A program made the position numbers and the translations under genes. This document shows, piece by piece, positions 20,009 to 29,616 of a stretch of DNA of 64,000 nt. A model generated the notes under the pieces. That model was not told where the DNA came from, did no database searches, and worked only from the letters and a program-made list of their open reading frames with translations. The stretch spans positions 1 through 64,000 of the IMG/VR virus record IMGVR_UViG_3300048591_000147. The stretch is one strand, 5' to 3'. The first letter of the stretch is position 1. Every line of letters begins with the position of its first letter.

Positions 20009-20736
20009 TATATGTGTCTAGGTGCCAGAATGGTATTGGGTTGCGCTGCAAACGCAAATTGCGGGGGTTCGATTCCCTCCCTAGACTCCAAATCTTTAAC
20101 CTTGGCAATCCAGTTTTTAACTTTTTGCCTTTTCATACCCAAAAGGTTGGCGACTTTGGTCACCCAACCATATTTTGTAAAATCTATACCAGATTCGTTT
20201 AGTAATGTTATACGTTCTTGCTGTGATTTAAACCACTCGTTTAAGTGAGTCGCCAACCATTCTTTTCTTTCTTTCTTCTGCGGTTTGATTAATGCCGTTT
20301 TTTTATTTTTAGAACAGTAGTTGGTAGTCTGAGTATGACAATTTGGACACAGCAATCTAAGATTTTCAAATCTGTTATCATCATTTAGACCGTTGATATG
20401 ATCTAATTGTAAAGTTAATGGTAAATTATTATGCGTTCCGGTATTTGCGCATAATGCACACGAGTAATTTGTTAATTCAATAAACCTAGCTTTGACCCTT
20501 TTTCTAGGGACTTCGCAACCTGTAGTAAATAATTCATCATCTGTGTAGTATCTCTTTAAGGCGGTCATATCTCTGCATTTAAAATGTGAAATATCTAAAT
20601 TATATTGTTTTATATATTTGGATAAGGTTCTATAACCTCCACCAGACGTTGAGTTGCAACCCATTTTTGCAATTGCTTCTCTTTTACTTAAACTATTTTG
20701 AATTATTGATTTAATTTCTTCTGCTTTTGTTTCCAT
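20008..20736 (-). CDS. HNH homing endonuclease
   Basis: CALC..LQLDHINGLNDDNRFENLRLLCPNCH; own TATAAATA box in a hairpin at 20742..20787 (minus strand). Confidence 0.9.
   Translation of the reverse strand: METKAEEIKSIIQNSLSKREAIAKMGCNSTSGGGYRTLSKYIKQYNLDISHFKCRDMTALKRYYTDDELFTTGCEVPRKRVKARFIELTNYSCALCANTGTHNNLPLTLQLDHINGLNDDNRFENLRLLCPNCHTQTTNYCSKNKKTALIKPQKKERKEWLATHLNEWFKSQQERITLLNESGIDFTKYGWVTKVANLLGMKRQKVKNWIAKVKDLESREGIEPPQFAFAAQPNTILAPRHI
20016..20090 (+). tRNA. tRNA-Cys(GCA)
   Basis: Full cloverleaf: GTCTAGG/CCTAGAC, TTGCG-CTGCAAA-CGCAA, U73, encoded CCA. Confidence 0.92.
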
Positions 20737-20840
20737 GATTAGATGAACCCCTGTTGTTAATTGTATTTATAATAACTGTAGTTCATCCTCAAATTTGACA
20801 GATACGAATTGGTGTGTTAACATGCTTCACATGAGATCAG

Positions 20841-20868
20841 GGGAGTTCGACTCTCTCACGAGACTCCA
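20841..20868 (+). pseudogene. Orphan tRNA 3' half (T arm, acceptor 3' strand, CCA)
   Basis: GGGAG-TTCGACT-CTCTC-ACGAGAC-T-CCA with no matching 5' acceptor strand upstream. Confidence 0.5.
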
Positions 20869-20876
20869 AATAGAAT

Positions 20877-21010
20877 TACTAGTCGAATTGTAAAGGGTTA
20901 TCGCATTCGGAGCGGCTGATATTGGTTCGATTCCAGTGTGTTCCATACAGAGGGACACTAGCTTAATGGATAAAAGCAGCTAAAACATCCTTTCTTAATA
21001 CTTACTAGTA
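20877..21010 (+). ncRNA. Y-RNA-like element B with circularly permuted tRNA domain (YrlA-like)
   Basis: TACTAGT-CGAA...CTT-ACTAGTA; T arm ATTGG-TTCGATT-CCAGT, acceptor GTGTTCC/GGGACAC, then D arm GCTT..AAAGC. Confidence 0.8.
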
Positions 21011-21040
21011 TATTAATTTATGTCATAATGAGGAAGCAGC

Positions 21041-21988
21041 ATGGAATGTTACATGGTAGCAAGAAATCCATCAGGTGGAGATTATCTAGTCATGGATTAT
21101 TCATCCTTCGTTAGACAAGGTGGTAACGACCAATCATGGGGTAAGTGTTGGGTAACAATTTACGCTCGCTCCGCGAGTGAAGCTAGAGCTAAGGCATATC
21201 AATACTTATGAAAGTTAATATCAAATTAGAAATTGTCCCATTTACGGTGCCGGATGACGTTGCTTTAAAAGGACCACCAGCACTTAGACAAGATGGATTT
21301 AAACCATTGCAAAGATATCCGCTATCAGCCTTAGACTATGATAGTTTGTCAGAATTATGTTCTAACTTTAGAAAAGAAATTTTCAAAAAGGCTGGAATCA
21401 TTGATCAACAAAATCATAATCCGTATCGCAGTTATGATTCGAATGGTGATCTTGAGGGTGGAAAATGACAGACAGATTTCATAGTTTTACAGTGGTTTTA
21501 AAAGAACCGATTCGCGAAGATGACGCAGAAGCATTGATGAATGCCATTAAATGCTTGAAAGGTGTAATTGATGTAGCTGGTAATGTTGCGGATGCTAACG
21601 CATATGTGGCATACTCCAGAGCACGCAGCGAGCTTCGTGATAAATTATGGGATGCACTGAAATGACATCCACAATGGAAAGATTAAAAAAACATCTGGTA
21701 GCGGACAGGCAGAAGAGATTAGATGATCTAAGTGAACAAGATAATACGTTCTTTGATTTGACGAAAACTTCGGCTGAAAGATTTTTAAACAGAGTTAATG
21801 CGCAATTAGATCAAAGATGTCAAGTGATGGAAGCTATATTGCTTAGTCCAACATTTTCCAATGATGACAACAATCAGGAATATATTAACTGTAGCTTGTT
21901 GTTGGATAAGTATGAGAGTTTAATAAAACTTCTTCAACGAGATGATCTACTTGACATACTGGAAAAATGCGGTACAATAGAAGAATAA
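21041..21988 (+). CDS. Four small hypothetical proteins (21041..21211, 21208..21468, 21465..21665, 21647..21988)
   Basis: Overlapping start/stop codons. Confidence 0.55.
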
Positions 21989-21993
21989 AGAAT

Positions 21994-22153
21994 ATTGGTC
22001 GAACGATAAAAGGTTATCTCATTATCAGGGGCTGTAGGAAAGGTTCGAGTCCTTTCTCTTTTCACCAGAATGTAATTTGTGAAGATTATATCCATGTGAA
22101 AAGATGCGCTAGCGGCTGGCGGGCAAAAACATCTTTTTCATTAACTTACCAAT
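21994..22153 (+). ncRNA. Y-RNA-like element C with permuted tRNA domain
   Basis: ATTGGT-CGAA...CTT-ACCAAT; T arm AAAGG-TTCGAGT-CCTTT; acceptor-like TCTTTTCAC/GTGAAAAGA; upstream TTGACA..TACAAT promoter. Confidence 0.8.
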
Positions 22154-22215
22154 TAATTAACAAAGTAGTTGACAGCAAGAATAATACGCAGTAGAATGTA
22201 CTAAATAAAGAGAAC

Positions 22216-22375
22216 ATTGGTCGAACTATAAAAGGTTACCACGTAAAGGGGATGTAGGAATGGTTTAAGTCCATTCGCTTTCCACCAAAATGTAATTTGA
22301 GAAGATTGCATTTCTATGGAAAGCTAGGCGAGGGTCCAGCCGTCCAAAAAAGTCTTTTGTAATAAACTTACCAAT
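22216..22375 (+). ncRNA. Y-RNA-like element D (close paralog of C)
   Basis: ATTGGT-CGAA...CTT-ACCAAT; acceptor-like GCTTTCCA/TGGAAAGC; promoter TTGACA(22169)-17-TAGAAT. Confidence 0.8.
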
Positions 22376-22398
22376 TAATGTATAAATAGAATAAAAAT

Positions 22399-22511
22399 GT
22401 TGGTCGTTGATAGAAGTTTATCCGATAATCGTCCTAAGTAGAATGAAATAGTTCTGGATCTGGTAGATCTGATGATAAGAAAAATTACTTTTATTGTTAC
22501 ACCTTACCAAC
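22399..22511 (+). ncRNA. Y-RNA-like element E
   Basis: GTTGGT-CG...CTT-ACCAAC; TTTATC; preceded by TATAAATA at 22381. Confidence 0.65.
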
Positions 22512-22523
22512 GAAAATTAAAAT

Positions 22524-22661
22524 TGTTTAAGTCGAAAATGTAAAGGTTATCACAAACAGTCGTATGTGGGTTCGAGTCCCACCATTGCTGGAAGCAGTAA
22601 TAGTAGGCAAATTGGTTTAGCCAACCGTCAAAAACATCTTTCATTATTACTTACTTGAACA
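22524..22661 (+). ncRNA. Y-RNA-like element F with permuted tRNA domain
   Basis: TGTTTAAGT-CGAA...CTT-ACTTGAACA; T arm GTGGG-TTCGAGT-CCCAC; loop-closed acceptor ATTGCTG-GAAG-CAGTAAT; D arm GGC-AAATTGGTTTA-GCC. Confidence 0.8.
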
Positions 22662-22677
22662 TATAATTAGAATAAAA

Positions 22678-22785
22678 TTGTCAGTCGATTTGTAGAAGAT
22701 TATCTTTCGTGAAAAAGGAAATATGGGTTCGACTCCCATCTCGGGCTTGGTGCTATCAAACTCTTTTACTATAACTTATTGACAA
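22678..22785 (+). ncRNA. Y-RNA-like element G
   Basis: TTGTCAGT-CGA...CTT-ATTGACAA; T arm ATGGG-TTCGACT-CCCAT. Confidence 0.72.
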
Positions 22786-22800
22786 ACATATAAATAGAAT

Positions 22801-22881
22801 TTGTAGTCGATCTGCTAAGAATTATCTTTCAAATGGTGAAGTGGGCTAGGCCCATAATTTCTTGCTAATAACTTACTACAA
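22801..22881 (+). ncRNA. Y-RNA-like element H (minimal)
   Basis: TTGTAGT-CGA...CTT-ACTACAA; TTATC; preceded by TATAAATA at 22789. Confidence 0.7.
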
Positions 22882-22892
22882 TAATTTTGAAT

Positions 22893-23001
22893 TTATCAGT
22901 CGATAAATGATCATTATCACTCCGCCAAAACTTGGAGATTAGATGGTTCGAATCCATCACTAGCGTCGGTTCGCACTTGGTCGTTGACAACTTACTGGTA
23001 A
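22893..23001 (+). ncRNA. Y-RNA-like element I
   Basis: TTATCAGT-CGA...CTT-ACTGGTAA; T arm GATGG-TTCGAAT-CCATC. Confidence 0.72.
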
Positions 23002-23010
23002 TATATATTT

Positions 23011-23102
23011 GGATAGGTGTTCGAGCGGTTTAAGAAACTTGCCTTGAAAGCAAGAGATCCACCTAAAAACTGGGTCCGTGGGTTCGAATCCCACTCTATC
23101 CT
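23011..23102 (+). tRNA. tRNA-Ser(TGA)
   Basis: CTTGC-CTTGAAA-GCAAG, long variable arm, GTGGG-TTCGAAT-CCCAC; CCA not encoded. Confidence 0.88.
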
Positions 23103-23157
23103 CAGTTTTGTGTCCCCACATAAATAGATAAAGACTATTTAATGTGGGAACATAAGC

Positions 23158-23778
23158 ATGTATTATACGATATATCTAGTAACTAATACTATTAATGGTA
23201 ATGTTTACATAGGTAAACATCAAACGAATGATTTAAACGATGGCTATATGGGATCTGGTAAGATCCTTAAAAATGCCATTAAAAAATATGGACTTTGTAG
23301 TTTTCAAAAAACAATTTTACACATATTTGAAAACGAACAAGAGATGAATAAAAAAGAAGCAGAATTAGTAAATGAAGAGTTTATAGTACGAAAGGATACT
23401 TATAATATCTGTGTCGGTGGTTGTGGTGGATTTGGTTATATAAATAAAAATTTACCGAATGGTATGCTTGGTAAAAAGCAAACCGATTTCCAGAAACAAA
23501 GAGTGTCAGAGTGGCATGAGAAAAACAAACATCTTGTTGATAAAAACAAACACTCTGAAATGATTAAAAATGGATTGAAAAAAATGCTCAAACCTTCCGA
23601 TGGCTTTACAGGAAGGACACATACAGAAGATACCAAAAATAAAATGTGCAAGCCTAAAAATATTGGTGAAAGTAATTCACAGTTTGGTAGTATGTGGATA
23701 ACAGATGGTATAAATAGTATTAAAATAAAGAAGACAGATCTTATTCCAGAAGGATGGTATAAAGGTCGTAAAACGTGA
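23158..23778 (+). CDS. GIY-YIG homing endonuclease (Seg-like)
   Basis: TIYLVTNTING.VYIGKH..Y.GSG..LK.AIKKYG; upstream CATAAATA within hairpin 23111..23152. Confidence 0.9.
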   Translation: MYYTIYLVTNTINGNVYIGKHQTNDLNDGYMGSGKILKNAIKKYGLCSFQKTILHIFENEQEMNKKEAELVNEEFIVRKDTYNICVGGCGGFGYINKNLPNGMLGKKQTDFQKQRVSEWHEKNKHLVDKNKHSEMIKNGLKKMLKPSDGFTGRTHTEDTKNKMCKPKNIGESNSQFGSMWITDGINSIKIKKTDLIPEGWYKGRKT

Positions 23779-23966
23779 AAATGTTTTCTTTTTGGCGTGT
23801 CGTGTTACTGTTTAGTTGGGCTAAAGATGGACTTTGGTTCACTAGACGAAAAGATGGTGACAATGAGAAGCACTTAATAAGTTTTTGTTTTGTAGATAGA
23901 AAAGAAGGTCGCGTGTATACATTCATATGTTGGCGCTTCATGATTAAATTAGGTATTGTATAATTT

Positions 23967-24094
23967 TCACAGTCGATTAATCTGGTTTACCTTGGAGAAA
24001 CGTCCGACCTAAAAATCGGGTGCGAGTCTGGTTCAAACCCGGACAAAATAGCGAAAGCTATGCTGTATAAAACCATTTTAGCAACTTATTGTGA
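23967..24094 (+). ncRNA. Y-RNA-like element J
   Basis: TCACAGT-CGA...CTT-ATTGTGA; TGGTTT/AAACCA stem; TTACC; T-arm-like GTCTGG-TTCAAAC-CCGGAC. Confidence 0.7.
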
Positions 24095-24102
24095 TTTATA
24101 AG

Positions 24103-24128
24103 AAAAGGCCAGCGAAAGCTGGCCTTTT
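24103..24128. terminator. Bidirectional Rho-independent terminator
   Basis: AAAAGGCCAGC-GAAA-GCTGGCCTTTT. Confidence 0.9.
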
Positions 24129-24137
24129 TGTTTGCGC

Positions 24138-24166
24138 TTGACAGTGGATCACTGTGACGCTATCAT
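24138..24166 (+). promoter_or_regulatory. Sigma70-type early promoter
   Basis: TTGACA-17-TATCAT; similar promoters start at 26235, 33018, 34294, 35031, 45980, 46232, 48171, 55484. Confidence 0.75.
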
Positions 24167-24331
24167 TGCTTCATAGATCAAGAGCCATCATATTATGGAT
24201 GTTAAAAAACAGATAGAAGATGCTAAAGCTGAGATAGCATCTTGGCCGCAATGGATGCAGGATGCGGCGGTGACAGCGTCAGCGACATTCCCAAAAGTTC
24301 CAGAAAGTCTTTCCAAGCCTGATGAAGACGA

Positions 24332-24876
24332 GTGGATTATATGAAAATTATCAAACGTGGTACGGTCCCAACCCCAGAAGGTGAAAAGGTACACAAAGCC
24401 ACATGCCGTAATTGTAAAACAAAAATAGAATTCCAACAGAAAGAAGCAAATGTTGATGGGCGTGATGGTGATCGTTCCTTGTCCATTGCTTGTCCAGTCT
24501 GTAATACCTCAATTTATAAGAATCTTTAACCATGCTTGATGCATTAAAACAGAAAGCGCTGGAGGCGTTCAAACACAATTGCCATAGCGGCATTCAAGCA
24601 TATGCAATGGTTGAAGAGTTCAAAGGCGACTATAGCGTTGAACGTGCAATGGTGGTCATTGCCCATACTTATTTTAATGTAGCGCAGGCATTCGCAAATA
24701 ATTATGTACTGAGTGATAGCTGTGATGATTTCTTTCCATATGTGGTATTGCGGACATTGGATCAAAGAGGGCAGAAACCAATTCCTGATTGGATTCTAAA
24801 AGTCATTGAAGATAATGATGGAATCATTCCAGACGCAATAGACTGGGTTGATGGTGTGGCAGTAGTTCGCGAGTGA
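24332..24876 (+). CDS. Zn-ribbon small protein (24332..24529) and hypothetical protein (24532..24876)
   Basis: CRNC...CPVC in the first ORF. Confidence 0.55.
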
Positions 24877-25202
24877 AACTAATATGGCACCGAGGTAGAC
24901 AAGATTCAGGTTACTTTAAACTGAAATTGTTTGAGATACGCTGGCCGATTGGCATCGATTGCTATCTGTTAAAATTTGAAGACGGAGTGTCAGTACCATC
25001 CCACACCGATCTGGTTGATGATAAAAAACATTATAGAATGAATGTGACAATACGTAAGCCAGTGGATGGTGGCGAATTCATTTGTGAGAAATATGTGTTC
25101 AAATTTTGGCGTGTGTGTCTGTTCAGACCGGATATCAATAAACATAGCTTGACAACCGTTCGCGGAAAACTTATCATGTTTTCACTAGGAGTGGCAGTAT
25201 GA
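24873..25202 (+). CDS. 2OG-Fe(II) oxygenase-like protein
   Basis: LLKF..G..VPSHTD (HxD), GGEF, FRPD..KHS.T (distal His). Confidence 0.75.
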   Translation: MKLIWHRGRQDSGYFKLKLFEIRWPIGIDCYLLKFEDGVSVPSHTDLVDDKKHYRMNVTIRKPVDGGEFICEKYVFKFWRVCLFRPDINKHSLTTVRGKLIMFSLGVAV

Positions 25203-25393
25203 TCAAAATTATATTAACAATCGTTGCATTCTTCTGTATCTTCTTCTTCGGTATTGACTATGTCGTCAAGCATGCGTATCATGTAAAACTCAAGAAGAGT
25301 CAGAGACTGACATATGCGGTAATCTGTACCACATTGACAAGCGTTGCACTATATCTCTTCGTTACTCTATTCTAACCATTTAAGGAAAACAAA

Positions 25394-26200
25394 ATGACCA
25401 AATTTACCAAGTTGTCCCTAGCTATTGCCATTTCAGCTTTTGCTGTCGGTTGTACCCGTATTGAAACGGGTGAAGTGGGAGTGCGCGTTGACTATTTTAA
25501 GCAAGTTCAAAATGAAGAACTGATGGCAGGATCAGTAAACCAGACGCTAATTGGTGACGTACTTACCTTTCCGGTGAAAGACGTTCAGATCGATGTTGTG
25601 GACATGAATCCAGTTGCATCTGATAATAGCACCATGAAAGATTTTGACATGGTTGTCATTTACAGCATCAATGTTGACCAGATTGCTGACATCTATATCG
25701 ATAAGAATAAAAAGTTTCATTTTGTAGATGCAGATGGTGACATTCTACTGATGTATAACTACATCTATCAGGTAGCGCGTAATGCTGCCTATAAGTCTGC
25801 GCGCAAATACGAAGCATTGAAGATGGGTGACAATCGCGAAAGTATTGAGCAAGAAGTTAAAGAAATTATGGTAGCTTCGCTTGAAGCGGAAGGATTATCT
25901 GAGTCCATTTTAATTCAGCAGGTATTGGTCAGAAATATTCTACCAGCAGATGAGATTGTTGATTCTGCAAATGCTCTCGTAGAATCTAAGAACCGTTACC
26001 TCCAGAAGGAAGTGGAAGTACAGACAGCACGCAAGGAAGCGGAGCGTATTGCAGTTTTGAATGCGAATGCTGGGGCAGTAGGCTATATGGAAGCGTCTGC
26101 CACTGTGATGATTGCAGAGGCTGTACGTGATGGTAAGGTCAACACCATTATTATTCCATATGACTTCAAAGGCATCGTTGATACGAGAAAGCCTCAATAA
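25394..26200 (+). CDS. SPFH/band-7 (prohibitin) family lipoprotein
   Basis: AVGC lipobox, RIETGEVGV, coiled-coil C-terminus (QKEVEVQTARKEAER). Confidence 0.85.
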   Translation: MTKFTKLSLAIAISAFAVGCTRIETGEVGVRVDYFKQVQNEELMAGSVNQTLIGDVLTFPVKDVQIDVVDMNPVASDNSTMKDFDMVVIYSINVDQIADIYIDKNKKFHFVDADGDILLMYNYIYQVARNAAYKSARKYEALKMGDNRESIEQEVKEIMVASLEAEGLSESILIQQVLVRNILPADEIVDSANALVESKNRYLQKEVEVQTARKEAERIAVLNANAGAVGYMEASATVMIAEAVRDGKVNTIIIPYDFKGIVDTRKPQ

Positions 26201-26211
26201 GTTATAAAACA

Positions 26212-26263
26212 TACATCATGGATGTTGAGTAAGCTTGACATCCATGATGTAACGTTGTATTGT
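26212..26263 (+). promoter_or_regulatory. 14-bp inverted repeat overlapping the -35 of a TTGACA-17-TATTGT promoter
   Basis: TACATCATGGATGT / ACATCCATGATGTA. Confidence 0.6.
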
Positions 26264-26293
26264 TACTACATCAACCACCACTGAGATAAAACC

Positions 26294-27822
26294 ATGTCCA
26301 ATACCAAATTAAACATCGCAAAGACCTTAAAGGTCGGCTTCAACACGCGAACTGACACCTATACTGGGATGCTCGCATATATCATCTATTATGATGAAAA
26401 GAATGTGCTGCGAAAAGAAAAAAGTTGGGAATCGTGGCGCGATAAGAAGATTGAAGCACAGGAATATCCGAATGAGCCAACTTCTGGGTTCGTTCTGAAC
26501 AAGAAAGTTGGCGATTATAGAAGTGATTGGAATCACCGATCTGCTGCTGTTCGCGTATACGATCCTCGCGGGTTTGAATTTGAGATTTCCGTAGAAAATC
26601 TCTTGTATATTCTCCAAGAATGTACTTCTACCAAGGGCAAGGGTCTGGAAGGTGACTTTGTATACGCATGGGATGGTTCCAACTTGGTTTTACTCCCTAC
26701 ATCCTCAGTAGAATATCAAGCATCCAAAGTTTTCACTGATCATAAACTGTCAAAGGTTTCGAAGAGTGAAATGGTTCCCGGATGTGTCTACATGAATAAG
26801 GACATGGAAAATGTTCTATATCTGGGCAGAGAGGACTATTACGAGTTCGAAACTAATTATAACGATGGTGGTTTTTACTCTCGTTATTATGCGAACAAGG
26901 GTAAGAAACACATATTCGTCTATATTGATAATGGTAAGACAGGATATTGGGTTCAATCCGGTTTCACCAAGATCGCATCTAAGATTTCTGATGTAATCTC
27001 TACAGATTTCCCAGAACAATACGAGAAGTTTAAACAATCGTTTAACGGGTCACCAGTAACCAAAATCACATTTGAAGAATGTGAACCAGTAATTTGTAAC
27101 CAATATGGATATGCACGTCTAGCAAATAACTATGAGACGGTTATAATGAAGGGTGGTAAATACTACAACTATAACGCTGATAGAATTACAAGCGATTCTG
27201 TAACTATACACGCTAGCGAAGAATGTACTATTGTCGGTGATAAGTTGATGGTCGCTGCTCGAAATTATAATAATTCCTATTATTATGGGCGTAACTTGGG
27301 CGATACTGTACGAATTCAAGATTTAAAGCTGTATGTTCCAACCATTCATAATGAATATGGCAACACCCACAAAATTCGATAAGGAATAAGAAAATGTCAA
27401 ACAATGATACTAAGATTAAAGCCCTGTTAGAAACTATCGCTGTCAAGAAAGAGGCACTAGGCCAAAAGCCTCGAATTAGCTACAAGACCAATGGCGTGTT
27501 TAAGTATGAGAATAATGAGTTTTTCAATATTAACACCATTGTAGATCCACAGAAACTAGTTGACGCGCTATCGTATCTTCTGATCAAACAGAACTTTAAT
27601 GATGTTGCGGCAAATCTTCTATCAGTACCACATAAAGTATTACAGTGGAATGGATATACTCTAGACGAATGGTGTGATGATTTCAAAACCCGTCTAAGCG
27701 TAGTATCTTGGGAATCCAAGAAGAAGGAATTGGAAGCCGCTGAACTGAAACTTAAGAAGTTGGTCAGTGAAGACACCAGAACTGCGATGGAAATTGATGA
27801 AATCGCCAGCCTGTTTAAATAA
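26294..27822 (+). CDS. Two hypothetical phage proteins (26294..27382, 27394..27822)
   Basis: Long ORFs with RBS; no motif recognised. Confidence 0.6.
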
Positions 27823-27840
27823 GATCAAGGAAAATCCATA

Positions 27841-29050
27841 ATGAACTTTAGTAGATTTGATTTTTTAGATAATGGCAGTATTTTAGTAATAGATGAAAAC
27901 GGCTCTGCCATTGTACACGGGCCTGATAGCTTGTTTAAAAATTGGAATTGTCCCGAAAAGAGCTTTTCTGTAAGAGTAAAGCAACTATATGATGCGTATA
28001 TCACTCTGCGTGATCAAGCACAAAATACTAAATCAGAAACCATTCAAAAACCAAAACAGTTTCTGATATTCGATTACGAAGATGAAAATGTGGTCGAAGT
28101 AAACGTCGGGGAGAATGAAATCCAGAATGTTATTCGGCGTTATGCTGAAGAAGATTGTGAAGGTTTCGAAGAGGACTTCAGACTTGGAGTTTATGAGTTG
28201 AAGGATAATTACCTTATCTCTCAGGTACAAAAAATCAATATAACCAAGCTATAAATCATGAACTTAACCGATCTCAAAGAGAAGAAGCAGAGAGAAGTCC
28301 TCAAGCTAATAGGCGAGAAATTTATAGAAGTTTCTAGAGATGGGTCGGAGGTTGACATTGATATCATTTTAGGATATCTTCAGGATAACTTCCTTGATCC
28401 ATTAGGGAATGATGATTTCTTCGGTACTGAAGGATGGGAACACTGGTTAGGTTTAGACTAAAATAAAGGAAAAGCAATGCAGCTATTTATCCCGCCATTA
28501 GGCACTGTACTAAGATTGACAGCTAAATGGGAGTTCAGTTATTATGACGAATATCGAAACACCCAGTTGCGAGAATATCTTGGTCTTCCAAGACCTAGCT
28601 ATTATGAGCCAGATAAAGTTACACAATGTCAGCTACCTAGAGATGCGCTATTAAAAATTGATAGGATCTATATTAAGAAGGGATCACCAGCATATGATAG
28701 CGTTACATTCCTGTGGTTAAAGGAATCAGTTCCGGTGATCAATAACAAAAAGATTACAAAAAGCATCAGGTTTTGGGTAAAATTGCGTGACGCCAACCAA
28801 ATAGAGTGTGAAATTCATGAAAAATAAAGTTGAGTTGGTGATTAACGAGGACAATTTTAAGCCATTCTATAAAGTAGAACTGTATGTATCCGTAGAAGGG
28901 TTACAGGACTTGAGGCATTCTAAAATTGCACGTTATACCACGGAAGCATTAGGTACAACAGTTCTCGAAGAAATTGAAAAATTCACTATTCAATTCGAAG
29001 AACATATGAAGGCCCAGATAGCGCGGGAATTAAAGCCGGTTACACCATAA
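27841..29050 (+). CDS. Hypothetical ORFs 27841..28254, 28258..28461, 28477..28827, 28808..29050
   Basis: Tandem same-strand ORFs. Confidence 0.5.
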
Positions 29051-29080
29051 ATAGTTTTAAGTTCATATAGGAGAAGCACC

Positions 29081-29440
29081 ATGAACAAATTTTTAATGGT
29101 TTTGGTATTGATCACATCACTGTTTACAACTAGTGTTAATGCTGGTAGTGATGTAAGATTGATCTACGATAATGGTAATTTCGCTGTAGCCGTAGATCGA
29201 TATGATGATAGCGGATACTATAATAGAGGAAATTACTATTATGGTGATAGATATGTACCGCCCCAGTACCGCCCATATGATCCTTACGGAAGATATGTAC
29301 CGCCTCAGTATCGCCCATATGGTTATTATGGTATTACTAGATATAATCACCGCTACTATCGTCATGATCGTCGATTTGACAATCGTAGAGAATATAGGCG
29401 TGATAGATATAATAGACGTTATGATAGGTGGGATCGTTAA
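29081..29440 (+). CDS. Secreted Tyr/Arg/Asp-rich protein with a duplicated RYVPPQYRPY repeat
   Basis: Signal peptide; two 39-nt-spaced repeats; CATAAATA upstream. Confidence 0.6.
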   Translation: MNKFLMVLVLITSLFTTSVNAGSDVRLIYDNGNFAVAVDRYDDSGYYNRGNYYYGDRYVPPQYRPYDPYGRYVPPQYRPYGYYGITRYNHRYYRHDRRFDNRREYRRDRYNRRYDRWDR

Positions 29441-29616
29441 TTGAGAGAGTTGTATATCGCGCTAAGATATGGCGAGTGGCAATTCGGTTATAGTAACGAA
29501 CAGGAATGGTCGAACAAGAAGTTGTTCGGCTATTTTTCGATGTATTATAATGGGCATCACAAAGTTCTCCATGTGTGGAGATTCTATATCGCTGTTTATT
29601 ACTAAGGATTTGGTCA

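Noticed and set aside
19911-20248. Short ORFs 19911..20108, 20012..20248, 20014..20202, and similar calls at 21967, 33166, 48125, 48777
   Set aside because: They are translations of tRNA or ncRNA sequence or antisense to real genes
21994-23001. CRISPR array
   Set aside because: The repeats are bipartite, pair with each other around a structured core, vary in sequence and have units of 81-160 nt; there is no constant direct repeat and no cas gene
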